DNA from: Ascidiella aspersa
Taxonomy: Eukaryota
Direction of reading: 5' to 3'
Length of the DNA stretch: 64,000 nucleotides
NCBI GenBank assembly: GCA_963924565.1
Contig: OZ004612.1
Location: 13,082,001-13,146,000, forward strand
The notes under the pieces were generated by a model, which made no database searches, was not told where the DNA came from, and saw only the letters and a program-made list of their open reading frames with translations. Positions 1-14,500 of this stretch are shown in pieces; positions within the stretch are counted from its first letter, which is position 1; the number at the start of each line of letters is the position of its first letter. The translations under genes were made by a program, and so were the position numbers.

Positions 1-115
1 CCCGACAAGCTACATTACAGATCCGTGCATAGTAGTGTACTTATTTTAATAAAAAATAAAAAAATGGTATTGCCAAATGCATCAGTTCGAATTGCCTCGT
101 TCTCGTCGAGCTTAC

Positions 116-3100
116 CACTGGCGACGCATTGGTACTGCTTCGTGGCAGGTGACACTTTGCAAACCTCCCCCGCGGCACAGCTGGTTGGCTCACAGGTCAA
201 CCTGTTGTTAGCACACGTGCATGTCGACGTGCATCCGATCGTTTTGAAAGTTGCTCTATTCTAAAATACAGTAAGTTGTATTAAAAATCAAAGTTTACTT
301 GACTGTAGCACGACGATCAATTTTGGCGTGGCGCTTTACCGAACCTGGTAAACCTGAAATCAAGTTAGAACAGGCCGCACCAAACTCCGAACTTATGAGA
401 AGAGGCCAGTCTCAATAGCTTATCTTTAGTTGCTTAATGATTTGCCTGACAACGTTGCCAGTAGAATATCAGTAATAACAACCGGTTATTAGCATACATC
501 ACTTGAAGTTAAACAAGAAAGTGGGCAAAAGTTTGTTAATATACCTTGTAGTAACGCCCGTCGGACAAGCAACCGCAGTCTTCGCGACGAACGCATTCTG
601 TTCCTGACAGTACGTAGCCATCGTTACACTGACAACCTAAAGGGCAACAAAATTATGTTACCATCCGAACTAAATAAATTTTAAACATTTGGTGATACTC
701 ATTTTCGAGGCAAAGAGTAATAAAGCGTTTGTCACAAAAGATGGTCATCTAATGTTTACCATTGTTTACTTATAAACAGAGGCCGGGTTATGCTGTAAGC
801 CTTGTAAGGCTAACCAGGAAATGTGACAACATCTGATTTTCTTGGAGGAGACAAGCTTCAATATGAACGAAAAAGTAAAAAAAATAACATTCTTTAAAAT
901 TGACATTTATAAAGGAGAGAAGACACGACCTTTCAGTTCATTTTAAACGTTTCTTCTTTCTTTTTTTGTGTTTATGGCTCTAACGATGGCCTGAGTTTAT
1001 GTCAAAACGTTTGTAGACAGCACAATTAGTCGATTTTATCGAATGTTATGACTTTGTTATTTTTATTAAAATCACGAAGGAAACCCACGTATTATGTTTG
1101 AAAACTACAAATTACTAATTAAAAGGTGCACAGCCCATCTAAAATAGCTTATCGACTCCCCGAAGCGCTGATTTGTTCAATACGTATGTGGTGTAAAACT
1201 AACACAAATAGGTATAATGTATGTTGTTCCTCAGTCATATTACCAGCAGCAAAGTTGCATCCATACCTGATACAGCGAGAGCGATACAGCGTTTGGCAGC
1301 TGTCGGATCCCGGCAAGTGTTGGGACAGGCGCTTCCCGCATGCTCGTAATGCTGGTTGGGTCCGCAAGTTTTGGCTAAAATAACAAATAACCAGTTAATT
1401 GGTAGAAAGGATTGCGTTGGTCATTTCTGTTTAGTTAACGCAATGATGAACTGGTGTGGATCCAGGGGGCTGGGCATCATGCTATGCTCACGCCAAACTA
1501 TATTTTTACCAACTTTTCTTATGTTAAAACAGCAATTTCATTATAAATACTGTACGAGTTTGTTTTATCTGCCTAATGCCTCGCACATATTCTTTCAAAT
1601 TGAAAGCACGGTCCCATTTAAACCAAATAAACGCCTTTGATTGCACTTAGGTGCGGTTTAACTGGATTAAGCTGCATTTCCGCACGAGTTTGCTCTTACG
1701 TATATCGGCTACTTCTCTCCAGTTGCACACTTCGACTCTTGCCTTTAGGCACGACTCGGCGTAATCTTCCAATGCCTGTCCGAGCGCCAGTTTGTCACCT
1801 TCGGTAATGCACATGTCGAAAAGGCAATTCTGCAAAAGAATAACCCTACGTTATTAAAAATTTGGAGTTTCCTGCTCAATAAGTAATATATATTAGTCTA
1901 ATCAATATATCATCAAATTAGGATAATTTTTCAAAGTTTCTCGCTTTTTCATTGCATGGCCATAAACTTGGATTAGGGATAGCCGATGCTATGTGTTTTA
2001 CTTCGCTACGAGATACTTGAGGTTAAAACTAACGCGGTTTAAATCAGTGTTGTAAACAAGACATTTTGAAATGACCTGAGTCCAAGTCAAGTCTTTAAAA
2101 AAAGTCCCCAGTTGCCCGAGTCAAACTCCAGCTAAGTCATTATTAGAGCAAGTCTACTCCAAGTAAAATCTCTCATATAGCAATCTATCGTTTTACGTGC
2201 AAAAGTGAGATAAATAGCTCAGTTTTATAGTAAACTGTTAAATGAAAACACCCAATGTTTGACTCAATGACTTAAGTCCAAGTCAAGTCATTTTTACCAA
2301 AACCACTTAAGTTAAGTCAAGCCATTTGAAAACAGTGACTTAAGTGTACTTAAGTACCTCCACCATCTGGGTCAACACGTTGATGTCCTGCGAAGGTCTG
2401 TCATACAAGACTGCATATGCACCTAAGTCAAGTCTTTAACTTAAGTCATCGCAACACTGGTTTAAGTCAATACTAAATGAAGCCCAAGGTTACAGTTTCA
2501 GTCACCAGCCACTTCCATTTTTTAGGCCTTCTTATCATTTTTGTCTGTATTTGTTTACACCTAATACGTTTGTCGCGCTCAGGCATTCGGCAGGTTGTTA
2601 GCAAGGATCTGATATTTATGAGGCAACACTACACCACTTGGCATCGGGTTATCAGCTCCGACCCAATGTAGTTTTTCCTTCTTGTGTATGCACGATTTGA
2701 CCCACCTTTATAATGCCTTCTGTTGGAACTATCGCCCTGCATGCGGCAAAGCACTCGCTGTCGACCAGCGAGCACATCTTGTTATATGAGTCTGCGTTCA
2801 GACAGGGTCCAGGCTTGTCGCCAAGATCGCCGTCTCGGCATCTGCGTGAAACGGAATTAGGGATGAAAACAAGGCGTTTTAAACTTCAGGATTCTATGGT
2901 CTGACTATACAGGCTTATTAAACGACGATAAAGACGACATGGGGCATTTGAACAGCGTTTTACATTGAAAGTCCCACGATTTTTTCTAATATGTTTTGTC
3001 CAAGTTTTAGTAGTCTTGTATTTTTAAAATATTATTTTCCTATGTTTACCATGATAAAACACAACGACATAATTCAAACTCGGCCATGTGTTCTAAATGA

Positions 3101-5526
3101 AATTATTTGTTCAACGCTTCCCGTTTGTATTACAACATATCTTACAGCGTTCTATGAACACTTCTTTCGTATAAATACTCGGCAATACCAAAAAGTTATT
3201 AGTTTCAAATAAGTTTATTTTTTAATAGAGCACATTATGCTTTAATTTAAAGTCTTATAGGCTATGGTCTACGTACCCCGAGGCGACTCCTCCGACCTTG
3301 TGGCTGTTACCGAAATCTATTTCATCAACCAGAACGCTCGAGTTTGTCGCAAGAGCGAATTCGTCTTCAGTCTCGCCGTTCATGTTACCGCACAGTCCTA
3401 TAATGGAATATTAGCTGTGCTTTAGAATTATATCAGGGTACCTGTGGACCGGTATTTTGCTAACATTTAAATAAAACCCAGTAGTCAAGGATTCGATTAA
3501 CATTTTTGTTAATGGGAGTTACCGAAGGCAATTTAGTTGCCTTTTAATTAGTGAAAAACTCCGGCTTGTTATGTTTGTGTTTGCATTTGAACTTAACATC
3601 ATGTTGTCTTTGATTTTGGAAGTTAAAAAGATGTGGTAATATGCTTTGGGTAATAACAAAGCCTAATCTGGCGACTATAGATATTAAACACTTCGGCTAC
3701 GGAACTATATGTATAAAGTTCTTTATGGCTCTTTACAATATGCGCTAATCATATTTGCAGCTGTCATTTATTTCCTGCTACGTTTAGAATATAAATAGGT
3801 ATAGGGGTCCAACATTGCGTTTATTCTTCCAATTAATACGACACCGCTGCATTCTGCCTTTATTGCTTCACCATCTACCGAACTGGCCACTAACCTGTCA
3901 CTTGGTTTGAGTAAGCGCCCGACAGTGTGATGAAGAAGTTTGCATTGCCATTGTAGGTTATCTCCAAACCAAACCCGGTGCTCAGGACTACGTTGTTACC
4001 CGTCAGTTGGGCTCTGATGCCGCTGGGAGTAGAGATGGGCAGTTCGGTACTGATGCTGTTCAACTGTACCGGAAGTAAATGGATAAAGTGAATAAAACCT
4101 CGACGTTGAATTAAATGTATGACAGCAGCTGAAATAGTTTGCAGTAGGTTTCCTGGGCAATCTAAGGCCGATTTATGTTTGCCTGGATTGCAATTGGATT
4201 GGTACATATTTTGTGTTCCAGATTCGCCCCGCGCGCTAATGATTTATGTATTAAAGCTTTAAAGAAAAAAAAATTAAACTACTTTTCAAAGTCGAGATAA
4301 GATACTGTCTAAAAAATTGGGAAGAAAAGTGAGCCACGAAGGCTCGAAAGAATTATAGGTTTTGTAGAGAAAGTAAATCGCGTTTCTTACGGTCATCTTG
4401 CGCTGCTTAAAAAATCCAAACGTGTCGTTGTGGATCCGGACAAAGGCCCGCTTGAACCAAGAGACCCGCTTGTTCCCGCCGCGATTTTCATTTTCCATCT
4501 GCAAAAAGCAAAATATACGTGACGTTGCGGTGAAATCCAGATGGTTGTCGACGTGTGGGATACCGCTTGGTCTCGTCATTTCACGCGCTTTTACAACAAT
4601 GATCTGTAAAAAGGATCATTTCTTTCTCTTGGAGGATGAGTTGGGAAATCGCCGAAAAAAAATGAGTTAAGTACATTGAGGCACAACATTGTGGTTGGTC
4701 ACAGAAATACTATACTGTCCTGTAGTGGTGGTTTTATATTTTCGAACAAAGGCGTGCCACAGCCTATTTGTTATATTTCCGCCCAATAGCCCAACATTTT
4801 GTGTCTTTAATCTAACATGAAATGCAAACGTAATAGAGTATGGGTTCGCTGTAAAATCCCAACATTTCCAGTTTGTAAATAAAACGCGAAACGCAAACGA
4901 ACAACGGGGCAAAATTAGGGTGTATCTTTATAGAATCCAAGACCATCGGCGGCAAGTTTTGGCAAGTCGATCACTCGTCCGCTGACGCGTATATTAACAA
5001 GTAAAACTCATAGTTAAAAACATGGGTAAAAATGGATGAGACTTTTGTGGGCATTTTTTCACTGGGCATTTTTCCCTTTCATCACTTATTTGCGTCGCCA
5101 ACTCGTTGTCCCAGTCGTGCTGGCTGCGAGTCAAAAGTGCTTTTCATTACGTTTTCTATACCTTTTTTTAGTTTATTGTCATGTTTCAATATTTTATTGT
5201 TACTTTTATTGGTTTGTTGATGGCTGCGCTCCGGTTTTATTTATTCATTTGTTCTCTTAAAGGAACTGACGATGCCACTTGGCGAAATATATTTTCCTTC
5301 TAAACAAAACGTCCAATCCTGTTTTTACTCATGTTTTGAACTATGAGTGTTACTTGTTAATATACAACAGAGCAACTTACGTAGACGGCGAATGGCTCTA
5401 GGGTTCCTTGCGTTTCGTTGAAGGTGGTTTCCACCATCCTGTACAAGCAAGTGCCCTGGAAGTCGAAGCTCTTTCCGTCAAAAGAAAGGTAATGCGGGTC
5501 GCCTGTGGCTTGGCAAGTCTGAGGGT
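116..5526 (-). CDS. Gene A exons 16-24: VWD (GDPH), C8, TIL, TILa module
   Basis: CQATGDPHYLSFDGKSFDFQGTC, ENENRGG, GLCGNMNG, CLFDMC..ALEDYAESC..NWR, CGPNQHY..CPNTC..GCQCNDGYVLSGTECV..CGC, CTSTCTC. Confidence 0.93.
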
Positions 5527-8500
5527 CTGCGGTAAAGAGCTTAAATTAAACGAAGTCGCGCAATTTATGGGCTGTTGCCATACGCACTTTATAAAATTTC
5601 TACTCGTTTAGTCGAGATGTGTAAAACTATAAATATACAGCTTGATTAACAAAATCCACCAAAATGCTATATATGAGAAAGCGTTCTGAAGAGTATGTTG
5701 GTCAACTGTCCAGCATTAATGATAGAGACGGATCCTTAATTACAGGCTTAATTTAGTTTTTTGAGCTGAAACAGCAGTATTTACATGTAAAAATGCTCCT
5801 TTTACATGTAAAATGCTTAATGCACTGTGAAATAAACAAACTGTGTATATCAAAGAATTTAAATAGATTGTGAATTTTTTTTTTATTTCACTTTTTAATG
5901 TATTAGTGGCAAAACGTCGTGGTTGATTACGAGATACAAGTAAAAGTTCGGGTAAATATTTTGTATCAGCTTCGCACATACCATCTATTACCCCCCACCC
6001 CCATGAGTACTTTTCACCTGCTAGTTTTTCCTCTCGATTACCTCTTATGCGCTAAGCGCCATACAACTTTAATCAGGTAAAGCAAACAACTCACCGACTT
6101 GTCTGCAACGCAAATCGCTTTCGACTGTCCACCTTCCGCTTGCTTGACAGATGGTTTGTGTTGGACCGTTCACAGCGTAATTGGCCCCGCACTTGAGAGT
6201 ACAGATCGACCCCATGTTGTTGACGTCTGTGCATACGATGTTGCTTCCCGGCGCGGACTTAAGCACTGGGCACTGATAATGTGAAAGAATGCATTCAAAT
6301 GGGCAACAGAGGATAATATTATACGAGAGTTGTCGTCAAAGAGAGGATTTAATAAATCTTGCAGCAGGTCGTCTTAAATAAAGCATTTTTTTAAGTTGGT
6401 TGGATAGTTATACCATTATCGTTTTGCAAACTTCTCTTGCTACCCTAGTCGCGCGAAATCTTTTGCATTAAATTGCTCAGTAGAGTACCTTTGTCCTTGT
6501 GTCTTTGACAAGAACGTTAAAACTGGTGAATAAGAACTCAGACGCTCCCGTTGGTGAGGCAGTGAATGTAACTCTGCTTAGGGTTCCAGCGATTGCGTCG
6601 CTTGGTACGTTTATGGAAATGACCACACTCGTTTGGCCGGATACCAAGTTTGCACTAAAAAAAATTGGTAAAACAAAACAAATATGTATAGGAAAATATA
6701 GGAAAACAAAACTATAGGATTACAAAACAAATACGCTTACACTTCGCCAGTGAAGGTGGTCAGTATCTCTAGTCAAACAGCTTGGCAAAAAATACCGGAA
6801 ACAATTGTAATTAATTTTTTTAGCAAAATTCCTTAAACCAAACAACAAAAATTAAACATTTAAGTTTACTAATTAGCTTTTTACAGAATCGATAAATGTT
6901 AGGGTCAATATATAGTTAATATTGTCTGACTTATACGACTCTGGCCTTCATTACCAGAACCGTTAAGGCGGTAGATTGGCACAAAGCATACTAGTTTTTA
7001 CCTAAGCCTATTGGCAATTTGACACATTTTCCCTTCAACTTACGGTGATGACACACTTGTAAAAGCACTGGGATCCGACGTCAAGAGATTAAATTGCGTG
7101 TAGTCAGCACTTCGAATGAATGTCTCCACCTGTATAAATAATAACAACATGATGACAGTTTTGGTGTTTAAAATTGTTTATAAAAGCCCACGGCGCCAAA
7201 TAATTCCGACCAAAGTAGGATGAACAAGTATTCTGTTAAACCTTTGTTCTTATCTTTTTTAAGATGGATACTAATTTGCTATTTAAAGGGCAAAATGTTA
7301 TTTTCTGGCATTTAAAAATAATTAAAGCATTCAAACGAAGAATAAATACAATTGTGCTATAAATTTTGTAAAATCAATTTATTTTTTTTCAAACTTATTT
7401 CAATACTAATTTAACTTATCGACATTCCAGTCAATCGCCCACTGTGCTATGCAGGTTCGACGGATATTTTCGACTGGTCACAAATCATACACATACGGCT
7501 TTCAGTATAGTAAATGTTTCATGGATTAACATGTTTGTTAGTTGAATTAATTCTCGGCTTACCGATGTGACTCTTCCAGCTTCCACAGTGATGTCATCGA
7601 TTGGGTCAATCGACATGTTTGCCACTATAGGCGACACGGCGCAAGGGTCCACCCGAACAAACTTGACACCGTTTTTGTATCCAGTGAATTTCTAAAGGTT
7701 AGAAAAACAGAACACTTTTTTATGAAACGGTAAAGAAGAAAGGGAAGGCCCTCCTGTTTCAACATCGCTTTGTGCCAATCACTTTCAGAAGGCGTGCATG
7801 TGAACCAGTGTTGTAATGACTTAAGTTAGAAATATAAAATCAACAGTGTGACCGAAGAAATACGGTTGTGTCTATTGCGCCTGGTTTATCAGGTTTTTGT
7901 ACTCATTTATTTCCTTTGCTATCATGCAAAAAAATAGACGAATTCCACAAAGCGTGTAGTAGTACGATCGCCTGATAAAAGCAACCACTTTCTAAAGGTT
8001 TTATTCAGTTTTCAATATCACATGTAATTGGAACTCCGTCCATGTTTATTTGGCACTAATTCATTGAGTCGCTTTATTGAAAAGACTTCCGTTGCTCCCA
8101 CAAGTCGTTACCATGGACCTTTTGCCAAACGCAAGAAATTTAAGCGAGGAATGTGGGTGCTAGGAACGTGGAACGTCGAATTCTTTCGGACGGAGGAAAA
8201 GCGGGAACGCCCATCGTCTTTTAGTCGCCCACGCAAATACCGCGACGGTGCGACACATTTTACCCTTTCGGCAAGGTTAAAGTTGCGACACGCTACGAAA
8301 CACACCCTTTTCAATCATCGTTGAAAGTCTGTCCGACAGTTTTCTGGACCCCTATACGAAAGCCGCGATTCAACTTCGGAAGTCATTTAAAATTGGGAGT
8401 TATGATTTGCATGAAGATAAAGGATAAGGTAAAACACAGAAGTCTGTTTCCTGAATCTATAAGGCGAACGCGTACCGCGCTGTGCAGCAATATTACACAT

Positions 8501-11500
8501 TTTCTATACTTATGATTGGCTTTCATTGCCATACAGGTCCCACCACATCTCCTCATTTACTCGATTCAACTGACACCAAAAATAAAGATTGCATTGTTGC
8601 TAGATGGGCCGCGAAGAGCATTCACGCAACAAAGCTCGTGTGCTGCAAATTCTCAAAAAGTCTTTGACGCGTTGCCATAGCATCTTTACAACTAATTTCT
8701 CGACACGCGTGGACAATACGCCCGAACCCACGCATTTGCGCCTGTTTGCAAATGAAAGAGCGGGAAATGTTTTTGCCACCGCGGTGGTGACACTCCCTTT
8801 TTCGCCCTACTCGTTTTTAAGTTGTTTTTGACAAAGTCCCTTTGTCCATTTTCCCGTGGTGATGAAATTAGACTGACTTGGCAAATAAGGCTCGGCACGG
8901 TAATATGTGAACAATATTTTTACGCGTAAGCATTTAACAAAGCCACTTTAAGTGCCTTCGAAAATTCCCTACTTTAGCTTGAAAAACAAGATTGGGACTT
9001 TCCTTAGTAAGGTTTTCACATGATTTAAACATTTTAACCTCTTTTGGCTATAACCAGTTAATTATTCGTCGGGCGTAATTATAAAATTAGACAATAGGGT
9101 TTTGGATCAACACCCACGCTGTCTACAAATAAGGCTATAAATCAGGGGTTCTCAAACCAGAGTTTGCGTACCCCTAAAGGCATGGAAAAATACTTTTCGG
9201 GGGTAGGCGAGGAGATAGTAGTGATTTTTCGCCACATCGACTGCAAAAATCGTTGCTATAACGTTTATGTGACTAACGAGAAAAACGTTTAAGCTTACCA
9301 AGTGCATCGTTTGAAACTACAAACCTTCACATCTTCATGAATTGCCACAAAACATCGACAAAGCACTATTGTTGGAATACATATGTGAGAAGCAAGCTTT
9401 TAAATATTTCCACCATCATAATGTTTGCATGACATGGTTTGTCTGTTTCGTGCCAAATGAGATTTTGCACTACTTTGTGACGGTACTCATCACAACATAC
9501 CGTAACTGTTTTAAATATCAGTTCATCGACGCCCGCCAATTGTTTAAGCCAGGGTTCTTTAGAAAGAGTCGGCACATATTACGCTATTAGGCCGACATTT
9601 ACTTTAGCTGAAGTTTATACTTTTATAGCAGAGAAACTACAGCTATGGCTTCCAAGCGAAAACTACACTTGTTTTGTGTTTTCAATATAATGTTTTTAGG
9701 GGTAGGTCATACAGATAAATCCAAAGGTTGGGCAGTTGAAAAAAGTTTGAGAACCCCGCGGCTACAAAAAAAATGTTTATGGATCGACACTCACGCTGTC
9801 TGCAAATGAGGCCAAACTTTTCACAAATTCTACTAGAAACTACAAAAATTGGTAAGCACTAAGCATTACTGCACTTTTAGCTCACAGCAGGGAAATATTT
9901 GCATTAGGCCAAGAGGGCTTTTTGCTAGCCCGCTGCAACGTAAGAAACCTTGAATCGAGGTCAAAAACCTTGAAAAGTTGAAAATGCACAACACGCTTTT
10001 CTTTGATGCATGGTGCCGCATATTTGCGGAGTCTCGGTAGACTGAGAAGAGATGCTTCGAAGGTTTTTCTGGGTTTAACTTGAGGTGCGCGTAAAACTTT
10101 CTTTGGTATTCAGCTCAGTCGCGTTGTTGCATATCGATTGACCATGCAATCGTTTCAAAAGTGTATTATCAGGTTTAGCAGGGGCTTCGAACCTTAGTGA
10201 CTGGACAGGTCAATAAAAAGGGCCGAATTCATGTGTTTAATTGTTCATACGTGCGATCGCCAAAATCTATTGGAGGCACCAACTTGTCTTTACAATAAAA
10301 CATTTTTCTTTTATTTGCGTGATTCGTAATTTCGGAAATATTTCGATTTGGGCCGTCGAATTGCATGCAATGCCAAAATTAATTTGTTCGCAGTTATTTT
10401 TAGGGATGTCATATGTCTATTATGACGTAGAATCGGAACCAATACTGCTAAGTGTTTGTACCGATACTCATCCGATTACAAATAAATAAATCAGTTTGAG
10501 CGGTGATTTTCAAAATAAAATTTCTAATTTTAGGGCTCCCTAATTAGGTATTGGGCATCGATTTTCCTTTCAAATAAAATCATTTTTTTCACTTTTATTT
10601 GTGAGCTTTCGTAAACCTTAACAACGCATTCGAATGACTTCATCAACTAGATCGCTTTGGATTTGTGTACAAAAACGACAACAGTTGCAAATAAAATCAC
10701 CCCCAAGTTCATCAAAACCCTTTATTCCGTTCTGCTTTGCTATAAGTGAAAGCTTCCATCTCGATTAACTTACGATAAAGAATGGCTTGTTCGGCACAGT
10801 GATAGTGCTCGTAGTGTAACTTCGCTGACCGCAATGCAAGGGCAGTTCCTGCCTGACCAGCATGGCTCCAGCCTCGTCCTGGAATTCGACAGTATCCAGG
10901 CTCGTCCCAAGCTCAAGGGGACCAAAGATGTCGGCGATGATCGTCACTTCGCTTCCTTCAAAACGAACAAAAAAAATTAAATCAAAATTGCGAGTGGAAT
11001 TTGGTCCTCGGTATTGCTTTCAAAATGGTTTGACAAAATTTTACAATTGTGGCGTTCAGTTTGAATGAAAAAAAAAACAAAAAAAAAACAAAAAAACACT
11101 TGAACCTTTATTAATCACTGTTAAAAAAACAATTTAGTAATTAATACTCTCAAGAATATTTTGTATCGATATAGCGCCCTAAAATATTTTCTATCGATTC
11201 TTCGGCCTCTAGAGTATTTTGTACATACAGATTGTGAACCCCCCCAAAAAATAGGTAACTAAATTTGTTCAAACTGTCGAGGTTACGCCAAAAAAAAAGG
11301 TTAACAGGTCTGTACAGCTTGTTTTTCAAAAACAGTTTCGCTCGCTCGAAAACACAGTTTCGCACTTTTGTAAAGCAAAACCATGAATAGCAAAATGGTA
11401 GGAGGCGCCTTAAAATAGGATCTTGTCTCGTCGTTTTTAGTCCGCCATAGCATTCAAGGCCAAAACCGTATCCGGCAAACCCGTCTATCCCTTTGTGCGG

Positions 11501-14500
11501 TATTTGTCGTTCAGTTTAACCACGCGTCTGTGAACGCGCCTGCACGAAACCTAACTTGCGCACTTTCGCTCAAGTAGTATAGAGTTACCGCAAAATTATG
11601 GGTTTGACATGTTCCACTATACTTTGTATGGTGCTCCATCCCATACCTCTTCTATATTATCATTCGGTCTCTTACAATACGCTGCGTATCGCAATATTTA
11701 GAAAACATTTTCACGGGTGCCTGGTATGAATGAATCAATTTTGAAGGGCGATAAACAACCTTTTATCGCTTGTCACTTGTCACGAAAGTGAAGATATAAA
11801 ATAAAACATAAAGTATTCTATAATATAACATTGGGGATTTGTTTTTGATTTATCCTTGAGTTTGTTTTGTTGGTTTCGGGTCTTTGCGCGTTTGATAAAC
11901 GTTATTAAACCCGAGATTTATCATTATTAAAGCCTGGGTCAGATCAAGAAAAGGCACGAGATCATGTCAGCCAAACACCGTTAACTCATTTGCCCTCACA
12001 ACGTATTTTCGAAATTTATGCTGATAAATTTCAATTTATCTAGAAGTGCCTCATCTCGTTTGCTTGTGCGTCACTTTTTTGCTTTTAGGTTAAATATTTG
12101 CCGATTTGATGCAAAACGAATTACCAAGCGATAGTTTTGCGTCTTGCGCGACCCTTTGTTGTTATCTTCTTAAACGTATTTATAGACTTTCAGTCCCACA
12201 TTTGCGCACGAGTTCGACCGCGAACAGCAGGTCCCTTAAGGCTAATAGTAAAAATTTTACTTTGTGACGTCACCTCTAAATCATGCCCCTTAACTCCTAA
12301 CCGAAATCCTGGAAGCCCCTGACTAAAACCCCTGTTTTTTTGTATAAACGTCAGTGTGTTGTCCGATATCGCCCTCAATGTTTTATCGCGATTGGTATAA
12401 AAACAATTAACAAGCGTCCCTATTAAAACCACGTGCAGCTCTCGAAAATATCAAATTGTTAGGAAAGAAACAATTCTTAAGCGCTGCGCATCAAAATTAA
12501 AATATCTAAACTTAGTAGTTATATTTCGTTATCGAATTTTGATTGAAACAACATTTCGGCTTTGTCTTTAGAAAGTTAGATGCGGTGGCGTTTCCTATAT
12601 CCCCTCATTAAGCCGATAGGGAAAGTACCCATGTACGATCTTTATGTAATGTTAGTGCGGATAATTGTGAATATCAATGAACAGAATTGGTTACACTTTG
12701 GGTCATAAGTTAAAAACAAAACTATGAATTACCGTTGGCCATAAACATGTGACTAATTAACTTACTTGTCATCGCCTTGTTTATCGGGACAGACCATATA
12801 AATGAAAACTGCGAGATAACTATCGGGTTTACGTTGTGTACACCAGCGACCAGCGTACATTTACAAAGCATAACTTAGTGTTGCTTTGTTTTTCGTTCGA
12901 ATTTATACCTATTCGTTTGGTTTATGATGTTATGGTTTGTTGGCGTTCTGGATTATGCTCGTAAGGAGAAATATCACATTTTGCCCTATAACATAACCTT
13001 GATATTGACGTTAAGCTCATGTGTCGGTAATATGATCATTAAAAACTATAACAAACAAGTTTACAGTCAAAATTTTCCATAAACCGCATTTGTAGGCCGT
13101 CTGCAGAATTAACTTGGTGTAAAATTCCGGGTGGAGTGATTTTGATTTGAGTGAAATTGTTTACATGGTAATTGCTATATATGCTTTATTTATCAGTACA
13201 ATGTGTTCTACTTTTTTATATCGTTGGTTAAACCAAGTTTAACAAAATGGCTAGTGTTACAGGCATCTAGGCTACGCTTAGATAAAAAAACATTACATTT
13301 CGTGGCAACATGTCACTTTGTGATATTGGACTCAAGGCTGTAGGAATCTTTGGACAGGTGGCAATTGCCCCCACAAACTGCATTTTGCCTATTTTAACTA
13401 TTTAAATGTATTTTATTTAATTATGTTTCTGGTATCTTAAACCAACTTAAAAATCGTTTTACACCAAGCGCGCCATGCGTTTTATCGCACCCTCGAAAAG
13501 GACAATTTGACAAATTTCCGCGAATCGATACCACCTTTGCAATGGTTTTTGTATGAGAAAAACCATCTCTCTCACCCAAAACATAAACAAAATAAGAAGT
13601 TTTGAATGTCACATGGTGTTTTGTTACGTCAAATTAATGTTGTGATGTCATCTAAGCAAAACGTTTCGTATACCCTCCCTTCAGTTCTACATCCGTGCCT
13701 GACCTTCCCTGACTGCACAACCCATTACAAATGTGATATTATTTATCATTTAAAACCAGCATTCTCGAAATTTTATGTTGAGCCGAAGTTTTCGTTATAT
13801 TAGACAAAAAGTCAGCTTTTTCCAGTATTTAACATCCGATGTGTTGATAAAACTATAGCCTATATAAAACAATCGTGATTCTTGTCGCTGCACATAGACA
13901 CGGCTTCATCAAAAAGGTTTTGACGAGGTTTAGGCCCGGGAGAGGACAAATTTGTGAACATATTGGAGAAAATCATTGCGTTCAAATAAGCGAGGCCACT
14001 CCATTGACATGTAAAGGCCAACTGAAAGTTAACACCTGGTCAAATCCGAGCGCCGAGCCGCAATAATCCTTTTCGCAAAGTTTCCTTGTCGGGGTGTTTT
14101 TATACGCCCTATTGCCCGCCGTCATTACTGGCCCAAAACGCCAGTATGCGTTAAATCGAAGTACACGGTGCGAAAAGACGCGGGCCTTGTGTTTCGTAAC
14201 AATGGCTCAACAACCGGCTTTATTTTGTCGCCGCTTTTCCAACGCTGGAAAAATATTTGAGCGTCGTAAACGCTTCAGGGAATTGTGTTGGACGTAAAGC
14301 TAATTTCCAGCTGGCGTGTTGTTGTAAGTTACGGCACGCCTTGTGCACTATTCATTGTTGACGTTTCAAGAACAGGTAGTTTTTCACAAACCGGCGTTTC
14401 TCCCGGCCTTGACGTTAACTGTACATTACAACTAAACTAAACAATGGCACTGTTAGATATAGCGAAGCATTAAACAACATTAGCCGTTCCTAATGCGTAA

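Noticed and set aside
2045-2459. AAGTC repeats (and GTAATT repeats at 18192-18490) as CRISPR-like arrays
   Set aside because: Short, irregular repeats inside TIR/TSD-bounded MITEs in a eukaryotic locus; no repeat-spacer structure.
7737-7803. THAP-like fragment STSLCANHF
   Set aside because: Too short and followed by a stop; at most a transposon relic.
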